The notes under the pieces are model-generated. The model worked only from the letters and a program-made list of their open reading frames with translations. It searched no databases and was not told where the DNA came from. Below are positions 49,409 through 60,052 of a stretch of 64,000 nucleotides of DNA, piece after piece. Positions within the stretch are counted from its first letter, which is position 1; each line of letters opens with the position of its first letter. The position numbers and the translations under genes were made by a program. The stretch is from assembly GCA_020341795.1 (NCBI GenBank), contig CP070836.1, positions 1,682,157 through 1,746,156 of the forward strand, written 5' to 3'. Source of the DNA: Thermoplasmatales archaeon. Lineage in GTDB: Archaea; Thermoplasmatota; E2; DHVEG-1.

Positions 49409-50097
49409 ATGGGTGAATTTATAAAAAAAATACAAAAAGCAATTAATGATTTGCGAAATGGTAAGTTCATTCTTATATACGATGATGACAAAAGAGAAGG
49501 TGAAACCGATTTAGTAATTGCCTCTGAGTTTGTAACATCAAACTCAATTAAAACTATGAGAAAAGACGGTGGAGGATTAATATTTTTAATGACCTCCAAG
49601 CAAATTGCAAATAAACTTAAACTTCCTTTTCTTGCAGAAATGTATTCTTGTATTGATGAAAAATATCCAGTATTAAAGGCTCTAGTCCCAAATGATATTC
49701 CATATGATACAAAATCATCATTTTCGCTTTATATTAATCATCGGGAAACATTCACAGGTATTACTGATAACGACAGGAGTCTTACAATGAAACGTTTTGC
49801 AGAACTAACAAAAAAAATTAATTCCCAAGATGACGGTTATGCCACTACAATGTTTGGAGAAGAATTTAGATCACCTGGACATGTACCAATTTGTGTTGCA
49901 GCGGAAAAACTTTTAGATGATCGACGAGGGCATACTGAACTTGTAATATCTATGATGATTATGGCAGGACTTGCACCTGTTGGTAGTGGATGTGAAATCA
50001 TGGGAGATGACGGTAAAGCATTATCCCGTAAAAAAGCAAAAGAATATGCTAATAGATATGGACTTGTTTTTTTAGAAGGAAAAGAGATAGTTGAAGC

Positions 50098-50119
<22 letters not shown>
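49409..50119 (+). CDS. ribB: 3,4-dihydroxy-2-butanone 4-phosphate synthase
   Basis: Motifs are GKFILIYDDDKREGETDLVIASEFV and GHTEL. Confidence 0.9.
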
Positions 50120-51457
<1,338 letters not shown>

Positions 51458-51625
51458 CATATTTCTATCTTTAAAGGATAATTTAGGGGATGGAACTCAT
51501 CTTAATACTTTTAATGGCAGTCAATTTCTTGACAATATAGTTTAATATAATAGGAAATCTAAAAATTTTTTAACTTGAAATTAATGGTAGTTACAATAAA
51601 TAATTATAATAATAAGGATTAATAA

Positions 51626-52648
51626 GGATGGTCTGATATAATAGAAGTTGATATAGTAGGTGGCAGTCTTGCTGGATTAAGCGCTGCAATTTCAATTAGA
51701 GAAAAAGACAAATCAATAAAAGTTGTTGTTCATGAAAAATATAAAAAAATAGGATTCAATCATGAAGGACGTAGATGTGGAGAAGCCCATCCTATTGAAA
51801 AGGAATGGAATAAATGGATACCAACTGGTAAAAGTATTTTCAATGAAATAACAAGAGCAGAAGTAATACATAACAATAAAAAATATATCTATCATCGAAA
51901 ACCAGAAACATCTTACATACTCAATAGACAAGAGTTTATATGCCAATTAGAAAGAAGGGCAAAAAAACATGGTGCAATAATTCAAACTGATGATAAAGTC
52001 TCAAGCATAAAAGAACTTGAAGGTGACTTTATAATAGATGCGTCAGGGTGTCCAAGTACAATTAAAAGAGAACTAGGTTTTAATAGAGGTATAAAAGGTA
52101 TTACTTATCAGCAATCCATTGAGAATTCAAATTGTTTTAAAAAAAATACACTAAAAATAATATTTACTGGACCATTAGGTTATTATTGGATTTTTCCAAG
52201 AAATCCAGATAAAAAAGAAGTAAATGTAGGATTAGGATTTTTTGGAAATGTAAAAGTTAATTTGAAAGAAAAACTTGAAGAATTTAAAAAGGAGCAAAGC
52301 ATCAAAGGGGAAGTCAACTATATAGTTGGTGGCAACATTCCTTGTGGTGTTCAAAGACCTTTAAAATATAAAAATATACTTTTTGTCGGAGATGCAGGGA
52401 TTGGTACCCTTGCCTTTATTGGTCAAGGAATATACCGTGCTTTGATATCAGGTGATGTTGCTGGAAGATGTATAGCATTTGGTTATCCTAACAAGTATCC
52501 AAGGATCATTTATAGATATTTTATGAAATATGAGGTACTAAGTAAACCTTTGATTTTCTATGGCATTTTTTTTAATTATATTAATTGTAAGAGGATCCTA
52601 CCTTTTATAGATAGTTTTAAAATGCTTTCAAAAATTAGTCATATTTAA
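51626..52648 (+). CDS. Geranylgeranyl reductase-family FAD-dependent oxidoreductase; start unresolved (possible frameshift or non-canonical start)
   Basis: The frame is continuously open from 51626; I translated it codon by codon. It gives ..DIIEVDIVGGSLAGLSAAISIRE (FAD Rossmann)...DASGCPS...YYWIFP...FVGDAGIGTLAFIGQGIYRALISG. The only canonical in-frame start is the TTG at 52262, which would delete the FAD-binding half. An ATG at 51628 is out of frame (ATG GTC TGA). Confidence 0.65.
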   Translation, partial: GWSDIIEVDIVGGSLAGLSAAISIREKDKSIKVVVHEKYKKIGFNHEGRRCGEAHPIEKEWNKWIPTGKSIFNEITRAEVIHNNKKYIYHRKPETSYILNRQEFICQLERRAKKHGAIIQTDDKVSSIKELEGDFIIDASGCPSTIKRELGFNRGIKGITYQQSIENSNCFKKNTLKIIFTGPLGYYWIFPRNPDKKEVNVGLGFFGNVKVNLKEKLEEFKKEQSIKGEVNYIVGGNIPCGVQRPLKYKNILFVGDAGIGTLAFIGQGIYRALISGDVAGRCIAFGYPNKYPRIIYRYFMKYEVLSKPLIFYGIFFNYINCKRILPFIDSFKMLSKISHI

Positions 52649-52655
52649 AAAAATT

Positions 52656-53201
52656 TTAGCTTTTTTTATCTCTGTCTATCATCTTAAAAAGAGAAGGAAG
52701 ATGGATAGTATAACTTCCATCTTTTTGAATTATGATAGGTTCTTCTTCAAGTAAACCTTTAATATCAATTTTATAGCTACCAGATCTTTCAATGTCAATG
52801 GTTTCAGGTGTATCAGATTGTTCTGCTTCTGATTCAAGTTTTTCAATGGTTTTTTCTCTATAGTCATCATTTGTTAAAACATCAATATCTTCTTTTTTAT
52901 CTTTATTAATTTTTTTTTGTTTAGGGATATGTTTTTCCATTGCTTTGCGTACATCTTTTGGTTTGATCTTTATCCATTCACTTGAATCATTTATAACTTT
53001 TTGATTTTCTATCCCTATCAACTCCATAATTGTAGTGTTAATGTCCTTTCCAACTTCTTTAATTATTTTTTCTCTTTCTTGTTCACCTAGAGGTTTCTTA
53101 GTAAAAAAGAATCGATTTCCTCCGCAATCTGGGCAACCTTTTAAAAGCTGGGCTGATCCTTCTTCGAATATTTTTCCACATTTAAGACATTGATGAGGCA
53201 T
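52656..53201 (-). CDS. Archaeal Zn-ribbon protein (DUF2072/COG3364-like)
   Basis: The N-terminal Zn ribbon is CLKCGKIFE...CPDCGGNRFFF, followed by an acidic or Lys-rich linker. Confidence 0.5.
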   Translation of the reverse strand: MPHQCLKCGKIFEEGSAQLLKGCPDCGGNRFFFTKKPLGEQEREKIIKEVGKDINTTIMELIGIENQKVINDSSEWIKIKPKDVRKAMEKHIPKQKKINKDKKEDIDVLTNDDYREKTIEKLESEAEQSDTPETIDIERSGSYKIDIKGLLEEEPIIIQKDGSYTIHLPSLFKMIDRDKKS

Positions 53202-53204
53202 AAT

Positions 53205-53582
53205 TTATTTTGCTCCACTACGAGATATTATCATGGTTTGAATCATTTCATTATCTTTTTTAACCATTTTTAATAGATTTGCAGGACCAATTAATGTAAT
53301 ACGGGGTTTTTTATGCATTCCTAAAATTTTCTGAAAAAACGTTGGTTGATCTGGACCGTATCCTTCCATTTCAAAACCAATAAATGTATCATGTTCAATT
53401 TCTTTCATTGTATGCTGAATTAAACTTGTTTGTTCAGTTGGAGTAAGCCCTTGTTCTAGTACAAGTATTTTACCATTTTTGATTTCTTTAATTATAAATT
53501 TTAGTTTATCCTCTGTATTAAGTTCTTGAAGTTTATGTCGTGAAATCAAGTTAAATGCTATACCATTTTCTTTTTTTGTCAT
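53205..53582 (-). CDS. Conserved archaeal protein (DUF2073/COG3365-like)
   Basis: 125 aa, tightly packed between the GTPase gene and the Zn-ribbon gene. The family is recalled only from the conserved trio context. Confidence 0.4.
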   Translation of the reverse strand: MTKKENGIAFNLISRHKLQELNTEDKLKFIIKEIKNGKILVLEQGLTPTEQTSLIQHTMKEIEHDTFIGFEMEGYGPDQPTFFQKILGMHKKPRITLIGPANLLKMVKKDNEMIQTMIISRSGAK

Positions 53583-53589
53583 ATGGTTT

Positions 53590-54243
53590 TTACCTCCGTT
53601 TTTTCTTTTTTTTACTAAACTGCTTTACCATTGTAGTGTATAAATTGTCAGCATTGTAACCAGTCAGTGCACTAATTGGAACTACTGGATGTTGTGGAAA
53701 TGCTGATTTTAATGTTGCAGGACTAGATTCCTCTACATCTATCTTATTTGCAGCAATAAGTACAGGTAAATTTCTTGCTTCTAAATTACCAAGTATTGTC
53801 ACATTTACTTGAGTAAAAGGATCTTGTGTTGAATCCATTACAAGAAGAACTCCATCTATATCTTCTAACCATTTAATTGATTCAATTACACCTTCAGTTG
53901 CTTCCTTTGCACGTCTTCTAGCTTCATCTTTTGAAAGTCCCCAAGTATTCATAAATTCTTTAAAATCTACTTTAGTAGAAATACCTGGTGTGTCAACAAT
54001 GTCCATAACAAGAGATGAGTTTCCATTATCGATTTTTACATCCTTTTTCCATTTAGCACGTCTAGTTTCATGAGGGATTTCTGATACACTACCCATAATA
54101 TCTCCAGTCCAATCACGAAGAATACGATTTGCAAGTGTAGTTTTGCCAACGTTAGGTGGACCATATATTCCAATTTTTGCATGTTTTTTACCAAAAATTC
54201 TTTGTAAAATAGACGAAAAAGTAATTTTTCCAAATAATCCCAT
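53590..54243 (-). CDS. Small GTP-binding protein (Era/HSR1-like core) with an Arf-like N-terminus
   Basis: G1 is GPPNVGKTT, G3 is DTPGI and G4 is NKID. The N-terminus is MGLFGKITFSSILQRIFGKKHAKIGIYG. The C-terminal tail is KKKKKRR. Confidence 0.75.
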   Translation of the reverse strand: MGLFGKITFSSILQRIFGKKHAKIGIYGPPNVGKTTLANRILRDWTGDIMGSVSEIPHETRRAKWKKDVKIDNGNSSLVMDIVDTPGISTKVDFKEFMNTWGLSKDEARRRAKEATEGVIESIKWLEDIDGVLLVMDSTQDPFTQVNVTILGNLEARNLPVLIAANKIDVEESSPATLKSAFPQHPVVPISALTGYNADNLYTTMVKQFSKKKKKRR

Positions 54244-54457
54244 CCGCTTATTCCTCCTAATAACTAAGTAATTTGTGTTTAGTGGTATCCTAATTATAGT
54301 TTATATGCTTAATGGTAAATTATTTTATCATTTTTGAAATAATAAACTTTTTTAAAATTAGAAGGTAAAACTACTAAGGATTAAATTTTATGAAAATTTT
54401 TAAATAGCAACAACCTCATACTCGTTGTCCATATTTTAATTGGGAGGCTTGAAGACT

Positions 54458-55369
54458 ATGACTGAGGAAGATAAAGTCGAGGTAAATGTTGGGAATTTGG
54501 ATTCACTAAAAGAAAAATTAATGGCAGTTACTGAAGAAATTGATATGATTAAAACTTCTTTTACAAAAAGTACTGAGGAGTTAGCAAGAATTCAAACCAT
54601 GCTTAGTGCTGATCAAGTTGGAGATATAGGAAATATACTTGAAAAATATGAAAGCAGAGTCGCCGAAGCTGAAAAACAAAGAATGGAAGCAGCTAATGGT
54701 GCTAAAAAATATAGTGAAGAACTTGAAAAAGAAAAAGAACGTCTCATTAAACTTTGGGATGCATATAAAAACCAAGAAGAAGAGTTATCAAGTAGTGAGA
54801 AAAAATTAATTGATTACGAAGAAAGAGTACGTATAGCGGAAACCAGTAATAAACAAATAGAGGAAGACTATAATTCTAGAATTCAAACTTTAGAGCAGAA
54901 AATACAGCAAAACGAAGAAAAATTAACCCAATTTGATGAATATAAAAATAGATGCGAAGAATTTGATACAATTAGAAACAATTTAGAGAAAGAAATCCAT
55001 GATATAAAAGAAGAAAACACTGCTAAAAACCAAGAAATAGAATATCTAAACAAGAAATTAGATGAAATGAAAGAAATGGAAAAATATGCTGAGTACAAAC
55101 AAAAATATGAAGAAGTAAACGCTGAGTATGAAAAAGAAAAAGAACGTCTTACAAAACTCTATCAACTTTATGAGGAAACAGACTCTGAATGTAAAAGATT
55201 AAAAGAAGAAAATATTCAATGGAAGAATTGGTACAATACTAAAATGGATATGTTTAATCAACTATTCTCAAGCACTCCACCATCAACTACAACTCCACCA
55301 GATAATCTTATAGATCATCCAATTAAAAAAAAGTTTAAAAAGAAGAAAAAACTTAAGTTGAAAAAATAA
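54458..55369 (+). CDS. Coiled-coil protein with an internal repeat and a basic C-terminal tail
   Basis: The ATG at 54458 follows a GGAGG at 54443-54447; the ORF is open from the TTG at 54440. Heptad-rich Glu/Lys sequence. The repeat is EKEKERLIKLWDAYKNQEEE / EKEKERLTKLYQLYEETDSE. The tail is KKKFKKKKKLKLKK. Confidence 0.5.
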   Translation: MTEEDKVEVNVGNLDSLKEKLMAVTEEIDMIKTSFTKSTEELARIQTMLSADQVGDIGNILEKYESRVAEAEKQRMEAANGAKKYSEELEKEKERLIKLWDAYKNQEEELSSSEKKLIDYEERVRIAETSNKQIEEDYNSRIQTLEQKIQQNEEKLTQFDEYKNRCEEFDTIRNNLEKEIHDIKEENTAKNQEIEYLNKKLDEMKEMEKYAEYKQKYEEVNAEYEKEKERLTKLYQLYEETDSECKRLKEENIQWKNWYNTKMDMFNQLFSSTPPSTTTPPDNLIDHPIKKKFKKKKKLKLKK

Positions 55370-55384
55370 ATTTTTACTTCTTTT

Positions 55385-57490
55385 TTATTCTATTTTTATT
55401 GTACTAATACCTTCTTGGTTTTCATTTACATAAATAATATTTTCCATATCGTTTTTAACATCCTCAACATGAGTGATTAAAAAAATCTGTCTAAATTTAC
55501 CAGAAAGACTACTTAAAGATTTCATTATATTATGACGGCGAATATCATCTTGAGATCCAAAAATTTCGTCAAGTATTATAAAGTTAAAAATGCCACCTGC
55601 ACGCTCAGTAATAACCTCTGAGATAGCAAGTCTTAAACATAGATTTGCCAGATCTTCTTCACCACCACTAAAACGATTTATGCTATATTTTTCGCCATTG
55701 TCATAAACAATTATATCATAATTTTCATCAAGTTCAATTTCAGGGTATTTACCATCAGTAAGTCTGATAAAAAAATCTGTTGAATAACTTGATAATGTAG
55801 GACGTATTCTTGAGATAAGATGTATTCTAAAATCATTCATAATATTTGAAAGGATGCTAATAAATCTAAGAGAATTTTTCTCCTCGCTTATCTTCTTTTT
55901 AATGTCTTCAATTTCTTTAATTTTATTTTTAAGATCTTCCATTTTTTGATTAATAAGATTTAGTTCACCTTCTTTTTTCTCAATTTTTAAAATTATTTCT
56001 GAAAATTCGTCTTTTTTATCATTTAGAACAGTAATTGATTTCTGATAATCTTTATAAAATTGCTCAATTTGTTTTTTAACATTATTAAAATCTTTTTCAT
56101 TAAAAGAAATCACACCGATTTTTTTAATTTGAAATTGTTTATTTTCGAACTCTTTTTTCTCATGTTTAATCTCTTGAGATAAATGATTTATTATAGTATT
56201 TATTTTTTCTTTTTCCCTAATTTTATTTAAAAAATAGTTTTTCTTTTTTTCAAGAGCAATTTGTTCTCTGATAATACTATCTTTTTCTGATTGTTTATTT
56301 TTAATATTTTTAAAAAAGATTTTGTTTTGTTTTTCTTTTTCTGTTTTTTCTTTTTCAAATTTCTTAATTAATGTGTTGTATTGATCAGATAAAATACGAT
56401 CACATGTTGGACATTTTGCATCTGGACCAATTTTTTCAATTTTTCCTTTTTTAATATTAATTTCTGAAATATCTTTTATATATTGTTTAGATAAAGTTTT
56501 TTTCTGTTCAATTGTTTTTAATAGTTTTTCTAATTGTTTATTTATTTCATTTAATCTTTTATTATTTTTTTTAATATCATCTTCAATTGTTGTATATTTT
56601 TCAAGTTTCTTTTTTTCATTTATAAGGTTTTTTTCTCTAAAAGAAATCTTATTTTTTAAATTTTTTATTTCATTCATTAGTTGTTTTTTTTGTTCAAAAA
56701 GATTTTTATATTCAGATAATTTTTCTTTTTGTTTATTTAGTTTTTCATAATTATTTTTAAGTTTCTGGTTTTCTTTTTCAAGATTTTTTATATCTTTTTT
56801 ATTAGACTGATTATTTAGTTTTAATTTTTTTATTAAGGTTTCTATTTCTTTTTTTTCTTTTTGAATAATTTTTATTTCTTCATTATAAATTTCATCTTTG
56901 TTTTTACCAATTTCATTTATTATATCTTTACTTATTTCTTTTATTAATAATTCCTTATTTTTCTTGTCAGATCTAATCTCTTTTATTATTAAATCTAATG
57001 AATCAATTCCAAGCATACGTAAAATTAGAGGTCTTCTATCACTAGCGTTCATTGATGATAACGCATTGAGTTCTTTTTGCTTTGCAAATATACTAGTAAA
57101 AAAACTTTTAAAATCCATTCCAAGTTTTTTTTGTATAAAACGTGTAACCGATTCAGCACTTGTTGCAGCAACTTTACCATTTATTGTTGCAGTTGCAGTT
57201 GCTGTAAGACTTTTTCCTTTCATTTCACGAATAATACGATATTTATCATTTTCAAATTCAAAATCTAATTCCACTCTACATGTAGCTGAGTTATCAGCCC
57301 CTTGTCTTTTTATTTGATCTGATGGTGTTCGAGCTGCAACAGGACCGTATAATACCCATGCTATTGCTTCGAAAATTGTTGATTTACCTGCTCCATTTAA
57401 TCCAACAATACCTGTTACTCCATCTGGAAAATCTATTGTTGTATCTTTGAATTTTCTAAAGTTTTTAATTGTTAAGGTTCTCAGATTCAT
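55385..57490 (-). CDS. rad50: Rad50 ATPase (short form, 701 aa)
   Basis: Walker A is GLNGAGKSTIFEAI. The long coiled coil carries the zinc hook CPTC. The signature is FSGGEEDLANL, Walker B is FIILDEIFG and the D-loop/His segment is FLITH. Confidence 0.9.
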   Translation of the reverse strand: MNLRTLTIKNFRKFKDTTIDFPDGVTGIVGLNGAGKSTIFEAIAWVLYGPVAARTPSDQIKRQGADNSATCRVELDFEFENDKYRIIREMKGKSLTATATATINGKVAATSAESVTRFIQKKLGMDFKSFFTSIFAKQKELNALSSMNASDRRPLILRMLGIDSLDLIIKEIRSDKKNKELLIKEISKDIINEIGKNKDEIYNEEIKIIQKEKKEIETLIKKLKLNNQSNKKDIKNLEKENQKLKNNYEKLNKQKEKLSEYKNLFEQKKQLMNEIKNLKNKISFREKNLINEKKKLEKYTTIEDDIKKNNKRLNEINKQLEKLLKTIEQKKTLSKQYIKDISEINIKKGKIEKIGPDAKCPTCDRILSDQYNTLIKKFEKEKTEKEKQNKIFFKNIKNKQSEKDSIIREQIALEKKKNYFLNKIREKEKINTIINHLSQEIKHEKKEFENKQFQIKKIGVISFNEKDFNNVKKQIEQFYKDYQKSITVLNDKKDEFSEIILKIEKKEGELNLINQKMEDLKNKIKEIEDIKKKISEEKNSLRFISILSNIMNDFRIHLISRIRPTLSSYSTDFFIRLTDGKYPEIELDENYDIIVYDNGEKYSINRFSGGEEDLANLCLRLAISEVITERAGGIFNFIILDEIFGSQDDIRRHNIMKSLSSLSGKFRQIFLITHVEDVKNDMENIIYVNENQEGISTIKIE

Positions 57491-58626
57491 TTTCCTTCAT
57501 CTCTTGATACAATTTTTTCAATATATCCAATTCCAAGTTTGAGCAATATTTCTTTTTCTTTGATTTTTTGATTTTTAATATATTGTTTAAATTCGTTTAT
57601 AAGGGCATTTATTTTTGTTGAACTTGGCTGATTTATTTTATCGTCCTTAATCATATCAACTTTTATTTCGTAATGTATAGCATCGGCACTGAGTTTTCGT
57701 ATTTCATTAAAGTCAAGTCCTCGATAGATATGAGCAGGAATATCTTCAAGTGTTAATCTGTATGTTTTTTCTTTTGGTTTTAATTCTGTCACAGTTTGTT
57801 TAATTTTTTTCATTATTTGATCAATTTGTAGGTTTGAACATTTTATTGGTCTAATGTCTATCATAGGTCTTGTTTTAATTTCAATAAAACTAGTAATAAA
57901 TTTGTTCTCTTTGATATTTAATTCTAAAAATCCTTTTCTATCCCCTGCATCTGTAAATGTTAATGACTCGGTTGAGCCAGAGTAATATGTGTTTTCCGCA
58001 AGTTTTGTATATTTATGGAAATGTCCTAATGCTATATAATCAAAATTTTTACTAATTATTCTGGCTGGAATAATAAGCTCATTGAACTCATTCATATAAT
58101 AATCCTTCACGCCTGTCACTGAGCCGTGTGTAGAAAACAAATTATAATCGGATTCTTTATTTGGTTTTAGTTTTTTTATTTCTTTGTTGTATTCAGATTT
58201 GCTATTGCATTGTGGAATAGCATGAATATCAAAGTGTCTATCCATTAGTTTAAATTTTAATATTTCATATTTACTATTGTATACTGGATAAACATTTTCT
58301 ATATGGTCAAAAATACTAAAAATGTGACCTGTTTCTTTTAGTTTTGGATGCTCATGGTTTCCTGCAATAATAACAATTGGGATTTTGTTTTTTGAAAGGC
58401 GAATTAATTGTTTAACAGCAAATGTAATAGCACGATTATTAGGACGTACTGAGTCAAATAGATCTCCAGCATGTAAAATAAGATCAGGTTTAGAGTCAAC
58501 AGCATAGTCAATGAATTGCTCGAAAGCATTATAAATGTCAATTTCACGCTGATTTATTCCTTCCTCTGTTGCCTTACGGTAGGCAGAATAGCCAAGATGC
58601 GTATCAGCAACATGTAAAATCTTCAT
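57487..58626 (-). CDS. mre11: Mre11 nuclease
   Basis: Phosphoesterase motifs are ILHVADTHLG, HAGDLFD, IAGNHE, THG and GHFH. Its stop overlaps the rad50 start by 4 nt. Confidence 0.9.
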   Translation of the reverse strand: MKILHVADTHLGYSAYRKATEEGINQREIDIYNAFEQFIDYAVDSKPDLILHAGDLFDSVRPNNRAITFAVKQLIRLSKNKIPIVIIAGNHEHPKLKETGHIFSIFDHIENVYPVYNSKYEILKFKLMDRHFDIHAIPQCNSKSEYNKEIKKLKPNKESDYNLFSTHGSVTGVKDYYMNEFNELIIPARIISKNFDYIALGHFHKYTKLAENTYYSGSTESLTFTDAGDRKGFLELNIKENKFITSFIEIKTRPMIDIRPIKCSNLQIDQIMKKIKQTVTELKPKEKTYRLTLEDIPAHIYRGLDFNEIRKLSADAIHYEIKVDMIKDDKINQPSSTKINALINEFKQYIKNQKIKEKEILLKLGIGYIEKIVSRDEGK

Positions 58627-58629
58627 AAT

Positions 58630-60003
58630 CTAACGTTTTTTTTGAGCAATTTTCATAAAAGCTATATCACAAACTAATGTTTCAGCATCCAGTGTTGGTG
58701 CAATAGGTGGAGCATATGCAGTTTCAAGCTTTCTATAAGTATCAATATCAAGTCTTGCAAGAATTGCACAAGCAATTGTATTAATTCTTTGAGCTGCATT
58801 TTCACCAACAGCTTGTGCACCCATTATAATTCCTGTGTATTCATCAACCAGAACCTTAATTGATATAGGTTTTCCACCTGGATAATAATCTGGTAGTGAA
58901 GACCCATTATAACGAGCTGAGATTACTGAAAACTCATTATCGATTCTAATCGATATTGGTCCAACAGCTGCAATATCAAGATTAAAAAACTTAGATGTAT
59001 TAGTATTTAAAAACCCCATTGGAAGATTATATTCACCTCCAGCTGAATTTACTCCTGCAGCTATTCCTTGTCTTACAGCTACACTTCCAAGACCAGCTAG
59101 TAATGGTTTTTTTGTTACATAATCAATATACTCTGTACAATCACCAACAGCATACACGTCTTTTACAGTTGTTTCTGATTTTTCATTTACTAAAATACCA
59201 CCTGTTATTCCTATTTTGCATCCAATACTTCGGGCAAGCATGGTATCTGGTTTAGTACCAGTAGCAATTATTAAAATATCAGTTTCAATATATTTTTCTT
59301 CATTGTTTTCTTTGTTTTTTATAATTACTTTTGTAATTTTTCCATCCTTTTGCTCCACTTTTTTAGCAGTATGATTTGTGTATATTGAAATGTCGCATGG
59401 TATTTTTTCTAATACAATTTTCGACATATCTTCATCAAGGTTATTTGCAAGTATGTTTTGAAGAGTTTCAACAATTGTTACTTGTAAACCATTTTGCCGA
59501 AGATTATCAGCAATTTCTAGTCCAATAAGACCAGCGCCGATAATAGTTGCTTTTTTTAAATTCTTTGAATAGGCCAGAATTTTTTTTGTATCATCAATTG
59601 TTCTAACTGTAAAAACACCTTTGATATTAATATTTTCTATAGGAGGAATAAAGGATTTTGCACCTGTGCAAATAATTAATTTTTTAAATGATTTCTCAAT
59701 TGTTATATCATTTTGTTTTGCATAAATCATTTCTTTCTTTATATCAATTTTATTAACATTTGCTTCAAGTATTAGATCGATATTTGCTTTTTTGAACCAT
59801 TCTTCATTAAACTCTATAAGATTTTTAAAATCTGATATTACACCTGAAACGACAAATGGTAAACCACATTTTGAATATTGAGGATATTTATTTTTTTCAA
59901 AAATGGTAATTGTTGATTTTCTATCTATTTTTCTTGCAAACTGGGAAGCAGTACCACCTCCTGCTCCACACCCTATAACTACTATATCTCGATCTTGTGT
60001 CAA
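58630..60003 (-). CDS. FAD-dependent pyridine nucleotide-disulfide oxidoreductase (CoA-disulfide reductase/NADH oxidase type)
   Basis: Motifs are VVIGCGAGGGTAS, the single redox Cys context YSKCGLPF, a second Rossmann IIGAGLIGLE, and AVGDC. It ends 3 nt before the mre11 start. Confidence 0.8.
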   Translation of the reverse strand: MTQDRDIVVIGCGAGGGTASQFARKIDRKSTITIFEKNKYPQYSKCGLPFVVSGVISDFKNLIEFNEEWFKKANIDLILEANVNKIDIKKEMIYAKQNDITIEKSFKKLIICTGAKSFIPPIENINIKGVFTVRTIDDTKKILAYSKNLKKATIIGAGLIGLEIADNLRQNGLQVTIVETLQNILANNLDEDMSKIVLEKIPCDISIYTNHTAKKVEQKDGKITKVIIKNKENNEEKYIETDILIIATGTKPDTMLARSIGCKIGITGGILVNEKSETTVKDVYAVGDCTEYIDYVTKKPLLAGLGSVAVRQGIAAGVNSAGGEYNLPMGFLNTNTSKFFNLDIAAVGPISIRIDNEFSVISARYNGSSLPDYYPGGKPISIKVLVDEYTGIIMGAQAVGENAAQRINTIACAILARLDIDTYRKLETAYAPPIAPTLDAETLVCDIAFMKIAQKKR

Positions 60004-60052
60004 TCAAAAAACCCCTGAAAGCTTAATAGCATAGTTTTTTAAATGCTTTTCA

